DNA of 64,000 nucleotides from Thermoanaerobaculia bacterium (GCA_963664405.1 OY761158.1:5024001-5088000); one strand, 5' to 3'. Shown: positions 28,036 to 38,180, counted from the first letter of the stretch. Notes: generated by a model from the sequence alone, not told the origin. Made by a program: numbers and translations.

Positions 28036-30726
28036 GTGAAAGCCACCGCCCTTAGGTCTTCTATTTGGATCATCGCCATCGCCGCTTCCGCGTTGCCACT
28101 TCTGGCCGACGGCCCGCAGACATCGACCATCGACGGCACCGTAACCGACGCCCAGGGTGGCGGCCTGCCCGGCGTCACCGTGACTCTTACCGGCCCTCAG
28201 AACCCGAGGACCGAGATCACCAACGCCGACGGCGACTATCGCTTCGCCCTTCTCCAGGCGGGTACCTACAACGTCACCGCCAACCTCGAGGGCCTGGGCT
28301 CAGCCGAGCACGCAGTCGTCCTCGACCCGGGGCGGCGCCAGGACGTCGACCTCACGCTCGGGACCGCCACTGCCGAGACCATCACCGTCACCTCCGAGGC
28401 GGCGCTGATCTCGAAGTACGACACCGGCGCCACCACCACCCTCGGGGCAGAGACGCTCGAGCACGCCCCGCAAGCCCAGCGTAACTACTGGTCGAACATG
28501 AGGATGATGGCCGGTGTGGTGTCACAAAACCAGGAATTCGATCAGGGACCCGGGGTCAACGGTGGCAACGCCCAAGAGAACGCCGTCTTCATCGACGGCG
28601 TCGACATCTCCCACAATCGTCGCGGCGGCGAGCTCACCTTCTATATGCCGTCGACCGTGATCGCCGAGAACAAGATGGAATCCGCCGGTTTCGACGCCGA
28701 GTACGGCCGAGGGATCAGCGGGGTGCTGAACACGACGATCAAGACCGGCACCAACAATTTCCACGGCGACTTCCTCTATATCGGCCAGAACCCGGCATGG
28801 CGCGCCGAGAACTGGCTCGGTCACGACCGCCCGGACGATCAGATCCACAGCTTCGAGACCTCGCTCGGTGGCCCGCTGTGGCGCGACAAGGCCTGGTTCT
28901 TCGCCTCCTACAACCAAATGAATGACAACAATCTCGACCAGATTGCTGACGGCACGGTGATCAACACGAACCGCGAATCGAACCCGATGATCGGCAAGTT
29001 CAACACCCAGCCTTCGAGCCGACACCAGCTTACGTTTACCTTTATCGACTCCCCGTCGGCCCGGGAAAACCCACCCGGGACAGCCCAGGACATCTACTCG
29101 CTCACCAACAGTTCGTGGAATAACAGGGTCGAGACCCTGACCTGGAGCTTCGCCATGACCAACTCGGCGTTCCTCGAGGTCAAGGCCGCCCAACGCGACC
29201 TCAACACCGGGCGCAATGGTTCCCCGCCAGCCCCGATCATTCCGGGCGCTTCCATTGACTCACCCGACGGCAACGACTTTCGCTACCGCGATCTCGCCAC
29301 CGCTTTTCGCTACAACGCTCCCTCGTTTCGCCTGGGGTCTGGGGGCAACGACTTTCCGCGCGATCAGGCGAATGGCTCGGTGACCTACTTCAAGGGCAAC
29401 CACGAGCTCAAGGGCGGCATCGACCTCCAGGACATCACTTTTGCGGTGTCGACAACCATCGGGCAGGAGTATTTCGGCAGCGGCTACGGCCGCAGCCTAC
29501 CCGGTGGCTTCGAGAGTCCGAGCGACAAACGGGTCTACGACTGCCCAACCCCTTGCATCACCGCTTACACTACTTTTTTGACTGCCGCCTATGTCCAGGA
29601 CCGAATCACGGTCGGTGACAAGCTCACCTTCCACCTCGGCCTACGCCAGGACACCCAGGACATCGACAACAATCTCGGCCAGCAGGTCATGTCCTACGAC
29701 AAGGTGGTGCCGCGCCTATCGGCGGTCTACGACATCAACGCCGACGGCAAGATGCTGGTGCGGTTTTCCGCCGGGCGCTACTTAGACTTTATCGGCCTCG
29801 GTGTCGTCTTCACGGAGTTCACCTCGGGCGCCAATGGTGAGAATGTATACACCCAGTACTCGTGGAATCCCGCGACGGAGCTCTACGATATCTTTCAGCG
29901 CCGCATCGAGGCCCGTGAACCCCTGGACTCCCAAGTCAACCCCTTCTACAAGGACGAGATCTCGGTGGGCTTCGACTGGCAGTTCGCCGACAACTGGGTC
30001 TTCACCTCGCGCGTGACCAAGTGGGAGATGGATAACATGTTCCACGCCAGCCAGCAGTTCGACGAGCAGGGCCAGGTCGTTCGCGACCTGAGAAACTGGC
30101 CGCAGAACCAACGCGACTACGAGGGCATCTTGTTCCAGGTCAACCGTGCGTTTCGCAACAACTGGTCGCTGCGGATGAACTTCTCGAAGGACTGGAACGA
30201 AGGCAACCATTACTCCCGCAACGACAACGACCCCCACCTATGGGGCCTAGGCGGCGTCGAGGTTTCAACCGGGATTGTCAATCCCACCAGTGGCCCCCTG
30301 TGGTACGGACCCATAGAGTGGCAGCGGGACTACATCGCCAACGTCATCGGCATGAAGCGCTGGGTGTTCGGCAAGCATGACGTCATGACCAGTGCTGCCG
30401 TGCATGCGGCCTCCGGCGAGACCTGGGGATTGCAGCCCCCCACCAGGGTTGCGCACCCGGTGTCCGGCGAGACCCTGAGGGTTTTCACCTTCCGCGAGCA
30501 GAGAGGCACCCAGCAGCTCGAGGACTTCTTCACGCTCAACTTGAATGCCACCTACCAGTTCCCGATCACGGGTGGGGTGCAGGGAATTATCGGCGGCGAG
30601 GCTGCAAACGTCACCAACGAGCAGGTTCTGGTTCGGATCAACACCAGGAACGGCCGACAAAGAACTAGCCTCAACGCTTTCCAGTTGACGCGGGAGTATC
30701 GCCTCAAGCTCGGTATCCGATTCTGA
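28036..30726 (+). CDS. TonB-dependent receptor (Oar-like, N-terminal carboxypeptidase-regulatory-like domain)
   Basis: Signal peptide; GTVTD.QG..LPGVTVT; plug FIDGVD, AEYGR..SGV.N..IKTGTNNFHG; LGGPL.RDKAWFF; C-terminal LGIRF; GGAGG RBS. Confidence 0.92.
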   Translation: MKATALRSSIWIIAIAASALPLLADGPQTSTIDGTVTDAQGGGLPGVTVTLTGPQNPRTEITNADGDYRFALLQAGTYNVTANLEGLGSAEHAVVLDPGRRQDVDLTLGTATAETITVTSEAALISKYDTGATTTLGAETLEHAPQAQRNYWSNMRMMAGVVSQNQEFDQGPGVNGGNAQENAVFIDGVDISHNRRGGELTFYMPSTVIAENKMESAGFDAEYGRGISGVLNTTIKTGTNNFHGDFLYIGQNPAWRAENWLGHDRPDDQIHSFETSLGGPLWRDKAWFFASYNQMNDNNLDQIADGTVINTNRESNPMIGKFNTQPSSRHQLTFTFIDSPSARENPPGTAQDIYSLTNSSWNNRVETLTWSFAMTNSAFLEVKAAQRDLNTGRNGSPPAPIIPGASIDSPDGNDFRYRDLATAFRYNAPSFRLGSGGNDFPRDQANGSVTYFKGNHELKGGIDLQDITFAVSTTIGQEYFGSGYGRSLPGGFESPSDKRVYDCPTPCITAYTTFLTAAYVQDRITVGDKLTFHLGLRQDTQDIDNNLGQQVMSYDKVVPRLSAVYDINADGKMLVRFSAGRYLDFIGLGVVFTEFTSGANGENVYTQYSWNPATELYDIFQRRIEAREPLDSQVNPFYKDEISVGFDWQFADNWVFTSRVTKWEMDNMFHASQQFDEQGQVVRDLRNWPQNQRDYEGILFQVNRAFRNNWSLRMNFSKDWNEGNHYSRNDNDPHLWGLGGVEVSTGIVNPTSGPLWYGPIEWQRDYIANVIGMKRWVFGKHDVMTSAAVHAASGETWGLQPPTRVAHPVSGETLRVFTFREQRGTQQLEDFFTLNLNATYQFPITGGVQGIIGGEAANVTNEQVLVRINTRNGRQRTSLNAFQLTREYRLKLGIRF

Positions 30727-30761
30727 GCACGTCGAAGCACGATCGGCTTAGCTGAGATCCC

Positions 30762-30796
30762 AAAACACCGGCGGGCGACCGCCGGTGTTTTTCTTT
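30762..30796 (+). terminator. Rho-independent terminator
   Basis: AAAACACCGGCGG-gcga-CCGCCGGTGTTTT followed by T-run. Confidence 0.85.
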
Positions 30797-31022
30797 GGTC
30801 CTTCGGGTAGAAGTGCAAGCCGCTGGTGGACTGGTCTAGTGGTGCATGTTGACCTGTACTCTGATTGACGAGAGAGGGGGATTAGTGTCCTGGAAAAAAG
30901 GAGCGCTCGGGTCTGGACCTTCAGGCGCGGTTGGTGTCCGCGCTGCGAAAGGTGAAGCGGCGACGAGACCTCGATCGGCACGCTCTTGCCCGTATCCGTT
31001 TGGGCTCTGCTAGGGTACTCGG

Positions 31023-32831
31023 ATGCGATCTAAAAGATTCGGCTGCGGTCTCCTGGCTCCCCTCTCTATCGCGGCGCTCCTCCTCGGGGGGTGCCTGAGC
31101 GAACCCAGGAAGAGCTCGGCATCGAAGTCGTTCTACGATCCCACCGCCGATCCGGCAGCCAACCCCGCTTCGCTCTTCGAGCCGCTCACCGAGGCCGAGA
31201 GGTATCGAGCCGATACCGACGCGACCCTGACCCGCTACGCGCTCGACAAGCCGACTTCGCTCAACCCTCTCTTCATCGGAGCCTGGGCCGACAGCTACCT
31301 CTATGAGCTTCTCTTCGATCCGGTGGCGCATCGCAACTCGGAGCTGCGCGCGGTCTGGAACCCCAACGTCGTCGACGAGGTCGAGGAGCTCGAAGGCGGC
31401 CTCATCCACCGCGTGCATCTGCATCCCTTTCTGAAGTGGCACGACGGCGAGCCCTTCACCGCCCACGATGTCCGATTCACCTACGAAGCCATCTCCGACG
31501 ACAGCGTCCCCGCTCTCGACGCCAAGTACAAGATCTCGGAGATCGACGACATCCGCGTCCTCGACGATCACACCTTCGAGGTCCACCATCGCCAGGTCAC
31601 GGCACTTGCGGTCGACAATATGTACTTCCCCACCCTCCCGAAGCACCTTCTCGACAACCCCGAGGAGCGCGCCAAAGACCCCACCATGCGCTCGAGCACC
31701 TTTTTCAACCGCTACAAGCGGGAGCTGGCTATCGGCAACGGCCCCTACCGCTTCGTCGAGTGGATCGAGGGCGACCGCGTGGTGGTGGAGCGCTGGGAGG
31801 AATATCCCTTCACCAAGCCGCCGATAAAGCGCCAGGTGATCACCAGCCAGCCCGACCGTAATACCGCCCTGCTCCAGTTCCGTCAGGGCAATCTCGACGA
31901 CATCTGGCTCACCGTGCAACAGCACGGCAGCCAGACCAACGACGAGGAGTTCCGCGAGGTCGGCGTCAAGGCCTGGAAGCCGCGCTGGATGCAGGCTTAC
32001 ATCGGCTGGGACAAGAGTGGCAAGACCCCCTTCTTCACCGACAAGCGGGTACGCCAGGCGATGGCCCACGCTTACGACCGCGACCGCGTCCTGCGCACCG
32101 TGACCTGGGATCTCTACACTCCGTCGAACGGCATGTTCGGCCCCACCCACTGGGCTCACAACCCCGACATCGAGATCCTCGACTACGACCCCGACAGAGC
32201 GGCGGCCCTCCTCGACGAGGCCGGCTGGCTGACCGACCCCGACGATGGCTGGCGCTACAAGACGATCGACGGCGAGCGGGTGAAGTTCCACTTCACCCTG
32301 AACATCTCCCAGGCCTTCGTCGACGCCCGACGCTTCGCCGACATCTATCGCGATGACCTGCGTCGCATTGGCGTTTCCTTCGACACCGTGATCCAGGAAA
32401 ACGCCAGCCGAAATAAGATGATGGTCGAGCACGAGTATGTCGCCCACGTCGAGACCTACCAGGTGTTCGCCGACCCTGACGTCTGGCGCAACATCTTCCA
32501 CACTGACGCGATCGACAACGGGCGCAACTACGACAGCTACTCCAACCCCGAGGTCGACGACCTCTTCGATCGCTCCCGCCTCGAGCTCGACCGTGACAAG
32601 CGGGCTGCTCTCTTTCGCCAGATCCAGCGGCTGATCTACGAAGATCAGGTCTGTCTCTGGATGTGGGAGTACAGCACCACCTGGGGCTTCTCCAAGCGGC
32701 TGCGAGGCGTCGAGCTCGCGCCCTCCGGAGTCACCGCATTCCGACCCGGCACTCACAACTGGTGGATCGAGAAGCCTGGGGCGTTGGCGATGCCTCCAGA
32801 GGGCCAGAGCCCGACCGGCGCTTCTCGCTGA
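31023..32831 (+). CDS. ABC transporter substrate-binding lipoprotein, family 5 (peptide/nickel)
   Basis: LGGC lipobox; KWHDGEPFTA.DV.FT, GNGPYRF.EW, D.RVRQA.AHA.DR, YSNPEVD.L; no permease genes nearby. Confidence 0.9.
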   Translation: MRSKRFGCGLLAPLSIAALLLGGCLSEPRKSSASKSFYDPTADPAANPASLFEPLTEAERYRADTDATLTRYALDKPTSLNPLFIGAWADSYLYELLFDPVAHRNSELRAVWNPNVVDEVEELEGGLIHRVHLHPFLKWHDGEPFTAHDVRFTYEAISDDSVPALDAKYKISEIDDIRVLDDHTFEVHHRQVTALAVDNMYFPTLPKHLLDNPEERAKDPTMRSSTFFNRYKRELAIGNGPYRFVEWIEGDRVVVERWEEYPFTKPPIKRQVITSQPDRNTALLQFRQGNLDDIWLTVQQHGSQTNDEEFREVGVKAWKPRWMQAYIGWDKSGKTPFFTDKRVRQAMAHAYDRDRVLRTVTWDLYTPSNGMFGPTHWAHNPDIEILDYDPDRAAALLDEAGWLTDPDDGWRYKTIDGERVKFHFTLNISQAFVDARRFADIYRDDLRRIGVSFDTVIQENASRNKMMVEHEYVAHVETYQVFADPDVWRNIFHTDAIDNGRNYDSYSNPEVDDLFDRSRLELDRDKRAALFRQIQRLIYEDQVCLWMWEYSTTWGFSKRLRGVELAPSGVTAFRPGTHNWWIEKPGALAMPPEGQSPTGASR

Positions 32832-32840
32832 GGAGGCCCC

Positions 32841-33091
32841 CTGACGTCCGCGGGCGATCCACTGCGCTTCTACTTCGATTACATCTCGAACAACGCCTAC
32901 ATCGCCTGGACGCAGCTTCCGCGCCTGGAAAAGGAGTACGGCGTTACCGTCGAGCCGATTCCGGTTCTCTTCGCCGGGCTCCTCAATGCCCACGGCCAGG
33001 TCGGTCCGGCCGAGGTGCGACCGAAGGCGAGGTGGATGGGGCGAAACGTCATGCGCAAGGCCGCGATTCTGGGCGTGCCGCTGCAGCCACC
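32841..33091 (+). pseudogene. 2-hydroxychromene-2-carboxylate isomerase / DsbA-like, 3'-truncated
   Basis: LRFYFDYISNNAYIAW...PVLFAGLL.AHGQ.GPAEV.PK..W......R.A..LGVPL.PP; not in ORF track; ends at TGT of the family B repeat. Confidence 0.75.
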
Positions 33092-33241
33092 TGTGGGGGG
33101 CGAAAACCCCATTTGTCTCACGCAGCGAGTCGGCGGCGGTATCGATCGTGTGTCCATAACCACACGTCGGCTCGGCCCGGCTCGCTCGGCCCGGCTCGCT
33201 GCCGAGTTGCCCTGCACTCCTGACAATCGAGCTCGAGGTTC
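33092..33241. mobile_element. Family B repeat (second copy, with 14-bp internal duplication)
   Basis: Near-identical to 17364-17499. Confidence 0.7.
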
Positions 33242-33249
33242 CCGTCTCG

Positions 33250-33645
33250 TCAATCTGTCGAAAAGCCCTGAAGCTTCGAGTGCTGTGCCAGCAGGTCGAA
33301 GTGCGCATCCCGATGAAGGAGGCGCGCGTTGGCGAGGATCGTAGAGGCTGCGATTATCAGGTCGGTGGCTGGAATGGTGAGCCCTAGCCGCCGAAGCTGA
33401 AATCCGAGATCGGTGGCGAGATCAAAATCTGGAGGCCCGAGGTCGAGCCAGTGGAAACCCTGAAAATCCGCCTCCAGTTGCCGACGCTCCGAGTCCCCTG
33501 ACGCGTAGGAGCAGATCTCAACCTGGATGACGCCGTTGACAGCGACCTGATCCGCGGCGATCACGTTTGCAACGGCATCCTGGACGCTCCGCAAACCGGA
33601 GCTCCGGTAGTACTCTATGAAAGCCGAGCTATCCACGACGATCAT
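33250..33645 (-). CDS. vapC: VapC PIN-domain toxin
   Basis: MIVVDSS.FI, G.TIPATDLIIAA, LLH.D.HF. Confidence 0.9.
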   Translation of the reverse strand: MIVVDSSAFIEYYRSSGLRSVQDAVANVIAADQVAVNGVIQVEICSYASGDSERRQLEADFQGFHWLDLGPPDFDLATDLGFQLRRLGLTIPATDLIIAASTILANARLLHRDAHFDLLAQHSKLQGFSTD

Positions 33646-33848
33646 GGATCTCGCCGGAGCTGCTGCAAGGCCTCCTGGTCGAGATCCAACTGGATCCGCC
33701 CCCGATGCGTCAAGGCGGCTCTGAGGCGGCGCCTACGTACGACCTCCGACAGGGCAATGCGGATGGTCTCCGCTTTTGTCGGCGCTTCGAGAGCTGCTTT
33801 CGCTTGCTCCAACAGCTCAGGATCGACCGTGATCGTCATACGGCTCAT
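33642..33848 (-). CDS. vapB: VapB antitoxin
   Basis: MSRMTITVD.ELL..A...L...TKAETI..AL; overlaps toxin start. Confidence 0.85.
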   Translation of the reverse strand: MSRMTITVDPELLEQAKAALEAPTKAETIRIALSEVVRRRRLRAALTHRGRIQLDLDQEALQQLRRDP

Positions 33849-34049
33849 GCGCGTGCCTTTGAAGTCACCACTAGTATACACCACGTGATTGCACCGGGGC
33901 GGTGCGTTTCTCTCAATTCTCTTCGAGGCAACCTGGCTACGACAGTCGGCGGGTGTCTTCCAGCCAGTCGCTGTGATTCAGGCGACCGCGTCCTGTCCAG
34001 AAACTCGGCCGGCCGGTTCCGACCACCAACGCCGATTGAGTTCCCTGCT

Positions 34050-36104
34050 TCACTGTTGACCCCATCCCGGGTAGGGGCGGGCCTGTTTGACAAACAAGAC
34101 GGGCTCTCCGGTCGGATCGGCGTCAATCGGTTGATCGAATTTGAACTCCGTATCCATCGCGTACCACTCATTGGGATCCTTCCCGTAGAGTGGATAGAAG
34201 AATTCGTGGATCTCCTTCAACGCGATCCCCAGCTTGTGTGACTGGGCGGTGGTCAAGACCGTCGTACCCTTGGGCACGAGACTGGAATGGGCGATGAAGA
34301 CGATGGGCTGCCCAGGGAAATCGAACTGATAGACAAACTGATCCGTTGTCATCCCAGGCTCCGGCTGAACCACCGATGCACCGCCGAGCTGTACGTTGAT
34401 GTAGAACCCAGGCTCCATGCCGGACGGATCGAACGGGTTCGCCGTGATGGCAACCCCGTTCGCTTCCTCATAGGGGAACGAGTTGTGCACCAGAAGCGCC
34501 ATACCCACCGTCTCGTGGTCGATGTTGCGATAGCTACGTTCTTCAAAGGCCCGAAAGGACCACACGCTGGCCCAGACGGTGCGAACCGCACCGAGCACTG
34601 AGCCGGGCTCCTTCGGATCACCGCTCTTCGATGTGTAGAGGCCCGCGCCGGTGAAACCTTCCAGATCCTCGGCGTTGGTGCTCGAGCGGAAGCGCATTCT
34701 GATGCCGGGATAGTCCGAATTCAGTTTGTTCAACAGCGCCGCTTCGAACTCCGGATCGACCGGAGCCTTCATCATCGCTTCGCGCAGTTCGTCGAGACGC
34801 CGATCGCGGGTAGCCGGGTCGTCTTGAAACCGCCGGTCGGCAAGCATCTGGGTCACCTGGTCGAGGAGGCCGTTCTGCTTCATGAACTGCCAGTAATAGA
34901 AGATCGGCACGGCGAACGCCTTGGGGAAAGGCATCTTCTCGTTGTCCATATGCGGGAAAGCGCCATAGTGGCTCGCCTTGCCACCGAAGGCGGGAATCGC
35001 CAAGGCCAGGGCCTCTCCGAGGTCATGGCTCTCGAGATCGAGCATGTCTTCGATGTCTCTGAGCTCCTTGGTCTCTAGATCCCAAGACGGTACCGACACC
35101 CTTGCTGGCTTGTGCTCCTCCCACCATGCATCGGCCTCGTCGCTGGTCGCATCCGAAACCGAGTATTCAAAGGGACCGACATCGAGCTTGACCCACTTGC
35201 CTTCAAAGCGTCGGAGATCGTCTCCGGCATAGGCTCCTCGAAGACCCATATTGGGCGTGCCGCGATTCTGGGAAAGAACGTTGATATGCGATAGGGGAGT
35301 CTGAAAGTCCTCGGTGATGATGCCGGAGGTGACTGAGATGTCGTTGGGCACCCGGTCGAGCACGACGATGTCGCGGAAGCCCACGTACTGGGTCTCGAGC
35401 TCCTCGGCAGTGAGAAAGACCAGTCTGCCGATGCTCGCCCCGTAGTTGAGCGGTTGGTAGTCGATGTCTTCGTAGAGCTCGTCGGTGGTGATCACCTTGA
35501 CGGAGTCGGGGAGGTTCTCTGCCTCTTTGCCGATCGCTTGAGAGGTCGGATGAAAATAGAGCTCGTCTCCGAAGGGGGATGACTCGGCGATCTTTTGATA
35601 GGCCCAGCGGATCATCTCGGCATCGGCCTTGTCGTAGGGAGCTACTTCATAGGCCCAGAGCCCGGGACCTTCGTAGCGAGTGATGGCACCTGAGACGAAG
35701 CGACGATTGGGGCTGTAGTACTCCGTGGCATTGAATTGGGAGAGGCCCGGGACGATCGGTCTGCCGTCGCCGGAGAGGTGAGCCGAGGCGAAGTCCCAGT
35801 GGATTGGATACTTATCGCTGTTCTGAAAGTACAGTGTGTCGGCGTCTGCCCGATCGATGACCGTCTTGAGAGAGGTCGCCCCGGGGATGCTCGTGTCCAA
35901 TGGTGCCGAAGCCAGGGTCCTGAAGTCGCCCTCGCAGCCAATCATGTTCAAGAAATCGGGCTCGTCTCCTTCTTCAATCGCGCAGACCGCGTCCTCCTGC
36001 CTGGGCTTCAGAGCGCCGTCGCCGCACGAGAAGAGGAGGATCGGCGCAGCGAGCAGAAGCGAAAGTTTTCGTGTCAACTCGAGTTTTTTGCAGTTTGGCC
36101 TCAT
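34050..36104 (-). CDS. Lipoprotein with C-terminal PEP/pyruvate-binding (PPDK_N, ATP-grasp) domain
   Basis: LLFSC lipobox; TPLSHINV, FGGKA, RFRSSTNAEDL.GFTGAGLY.S, VWASVW, D.EFK, QARP; ATGA overlap with upstream gene. Confidence 0.8.
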   Translation of the reverse strand: MRPNCKKLELTRKLSLLLAAPILLFSCGDGALKPRQEDAVCAIEEGDEPDFLNMIGCEGDFRTLASAPLDTSIPGATSLKTVIDRADADTLYFQNSDKYPIHWDFASAHLSGDGRPIVPGLSQFNATEYYSPNRRFVSGAITRYEGPGLWAYEVAPYDKADAEMIRWAYQKIAESSPFGDELYFHPTSQAIGKEAENLPDSVKVITTDELYEDIDYQPLNYGASIGRLVFLTAEELETQYVGFRDIVVLDRVPNDISVTSGIITEDFQTPLSHINVLSQNRGTPNMGLRGAYAGDDLRRFEGKWVKLDVGPFEYSVSDATSDEADAWWEEHKPARVSVPSWDLETKELRDIEDMLDLESHDLGEALALAIPAFGGKASHYGAFPHMDNEKMPFPKAFAVPIFYYWQFMKQNGLLDQVTQMLADRRFQDDPATRDRRLDELREAMMKAPVDPEFEAALLNKLNSDYPGIRMRFRSSTNAEDLEGFTGAGLYTSKSGDPKEPGSVLGAVRTVWASVWSFRAFEERSYRNIDHETVGMALLVHNSFPYEEANGVAITANPFDPSGMEPGFYINVQLGGASVVQPEPGMTTDQFVYQFDFPGQPIVFIAHSSLVPKGTTVLTTAQSHKLGIALKEIHEFFYPLYGKDPNEWYAMDTEFKFDQPIDADPTGEPVLFVKQARPYPGWGQQ

Positions 36105-37090
36105 CGACATCGAAAGTCCGGCTGGCAGGCTTGCTCTTCGGGACAATCTGCATCCTCATTGCAGGAGATGACACCCGGGATCTCCAAGATCTTGGTGATC
36201 ATCGATTGGATTACGAGCTCTGTCTCGACCGATGGATCCGTCGTGCCGATCGCTTTTCGAGTGATCTCTACCTTGGGAAATCCCGAGACACCGAGAGCCT
36301 TGAGCTGATCCAGCAACGAGGCCGACACCTGCAGTGAGCCGGTGTCAGGAGACTCGCATTCGATCTTTCCCTTGGTTCCACCGTGGTAACTGATATCGAA
36401 GGCGGCCGAGATGGGGGCGAGCTCCGGTTGCTGCGCCGGTGTCCACTCCAGCGTCATCGGCCCGCCATCGAGTCTGAGGGTCTTGTCGGTCACTTCCAGC
36501 GGGCTAATAGCCTTGGCAGTCATGGTGAAAGGTGCCAGGGATGCTGTGCCGGAGGCAGAAAAGGTGATGTCGTCGCCTTCAGAGAAGGCGGGGTGGGGGA
36601 GACGGATACCGCCGGTTGGCTGGTAGTTGTTGGCAATGGGGTCCATGGAGAACGTGTTCGCTCCGGCGTCCGTCCGCAACCCATCCGCCTGTACCGTACC
36701 CACCGTGATGGGCGAAGGGTAGGGTTGGCACCGACCCTCTTCAACGCAGATAGTGCCACTGCCGCAGGGCTCTTCACAGAAAGGAACGCGCGGCGTGAGA
36801 AGCCGGCACGCACCGTCGCTTGCGGCTTCCTCCCAGATGAGTGCGGGAGGTGTCGGGCCGTCGTAGACCTTGCCTAGCACCGAGGTGAAGCCCGGCGTTT
36901 CACCCCGGGGTGCCACCAGAGCGACCTGAAAGGTGCCGAAAGGCTGTTGGGTTGCAGAACCCGGTATCTCTTGGTCAGACGGGGCGTCTACCGACGGGGT
37001 TTCACCACCGCAGGAGTAGCTGAGTAGCAGGAGCGCTGCGATCCCACCCCAGGCTGTCGTTGCACGAAGCATCAGGGCTCCGCGAGCCAT
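36101..37090 (-). CDS. Cys-rich hypothetical lipoprotein
   Basis: LSYSC lipobox; C..PC.SG..C....C and C-terminal C..DADC...Q.C..D.RC; TAATG overlap. Confidence 0.7.
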   Translation of the reverse strand: MARGALMLRATTAWGGIAALLLLSYSCGGETPSVDAPSDQEIPGSATQQPFGTFQVALVAPRGETPGFTSVLGKVYDGPTPPALIWEEAASDGACRLLTPRVPFCEEPCGSGTICVEEGRCQPYPSPITVGTVQADGLRTDAGANTFSMDPIANNYQPTGGIRLPHPAFSEGDDITFSASGTASLAPFTMTAKAISPLEVTDKTLRLDGGPMTLEWTPAQQPELAPISAAFDISYHGGTKGKIECESPDTGSLQVSASLLDQLKALGVSGFPKVEITRKAIGTTDPSVETELVIQSMITKILEIPGVISCNEDADCPEEQACQPDFRCR

Positions 37091-37974
37091 TATGGCTCGA
37101 GAGCGAAACAGTAGATTCCGCCATAGCCGCCTCCGAGTCCCACGGTAGCGGCCTGCCTGTCCTTGCCGCTCGGAGTGATCTGGCCACCGGGCGCGCAGCC
37201 GATGGCATTGTAGTGGGAGATCCAGCTTTGGATTCGGGGTTCTGCACCCGGACGGGGGGCACGGGGCCAGGACAATCCAATGCGAGGTCGTCCAGAGGAC
37301 CCGAACGACTTTTTGAGATCGCGTGACCCTCTGATATCCACACCTTCCTCCATATAGCCGTCGGCGGTCGTCCAATCCGAGCATGTGGAGGAGAGGCTCC
37401 CGGCGTCGGGGTAGAGCCTTCCGTCCTTGCCCGAGCCGGTCAGGGTGTGGTGGTTCTCCTGTTGTGGCAGGCCCGGATCGGGCTGGTGATTCGGGACACC
37501 ATCCTCATTGGGGAGGTCGTCTCGAATCGCCGGGTCGCCGTTCTCCGGGCGGTCGGTCGCCACCAGGTCTGCCTTGGTCGGCGCCACCAGTCTACCGAGG
37601 CGGTCGTACCAGGGGCCCTCTCCAATCCGATCGATCGCGTCCACCTGCTTGCCGTTCTCGTCGGCGGTGACACTCAGGAACGCACGCCACTGTTTGGCCG
37701 ACGAGCCTGGCATGCTCTTTTCGGCGATGGTGGTACAGATCTTGTCTGCCCCTCGCAGGCCGGCCCCCTGACCGGTCTCACCAAAACGAAGATCGCCGCC
37801 AAAGCCATCCAGAGAGCCCGATAGTTCCTGCATCGCCTTGGTACTGGTCACGAAGAAGCTGAAATGAGGAAGGGAGTCCGCATCCCTCTGAGCTCCAGCC
37901 GCGGGCGCACCCTCCAGGATTGTCAGAGCCGTCGAAACGGAAAGGAGCATGGCTCCCGCAATACGATTCGTCAT
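37090..37974 (-). CDS. Secreted endostatin/DUF1554-like (lectin-fold) protein, paralog 1
   Basis: FSFFVTS, GL.GADKIC, WRAFLS, AIDRIG.GPW, HTLTGS, TC.DWT, GGIYCFA; fold assignment from recall. Confidence 0.65.
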   Translation of the reverse strand: MTNRIAGAMLLSVSTALTILEGAPAAGAQRDADSLPHFSFFVTSTKAMQELSGSLDGFGGDLRFGETGQGAGLRGADKICTTIAEKSMPGSSAKQWRAFLSVTADENGKQVDAIDRIGEGPWYDRLGRLVAPTKADLVATDRPENGDPAIRDDLPNEDGVPNHQPDPGLPQQENHHTLTGSGKDGRLYPDAGSLSSTCSDWTTADGYMEEGVDIRGSRDLKKSFGSSGRPRIGLSWPRAPRPGAEPRIQSWISHYNAIGCAPGGQITPSGKDRQAATVGLGGGYGGIYCFALEP

Positions 37975-38045
37975 CGGTTCTCCTTAGGACATCTCCGCCA
38001 TAGGTCGAATAACGGAGGATCTCTCCTCCGCACTAATATAAGAGC

Positions 38046-38180
38046 ATTGTCGCCGCCCCGCCCAAGTGTGACGGCGTTCTGCCGGGAAAGGCCGGGCGCC
38101 CCCGGCTAGGTGCGGCCGGCTAGGTGCGGCCGGCTAGGCCCGGCCGGAGGTTCTGTCACACTTCGGGCCCACGCGACAAG
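38046..38180. promoter_or_regulatory. Divergent pair of bipartite motifs (ECF-sigma-promoter-like), separated by a 14-bp tandem repeat
   Basis: GTCACACTT-N10-GCGACAAT on - (38046-38072); GTCACACTT-N9-GCGACAAG on + (38155-38180). Confidence 0.6.

Noticed and set aside
23658-30726. Diversity-generating retroelement TR/VR pair
   Set aside because: Differences are not confined to adenines of one copy (e.g. TCC/CCC, CAG/GAG, TGG/TTC), and no reverse transcriptase is in the window
30921-33308. Long antisense ORFs (also 1305-2453, 2871-4007, 40497-42737, 44035-45189)
   Set aside because: Shadow frames of well-supported genes in GC-rich DNA, with no recognisable motifs
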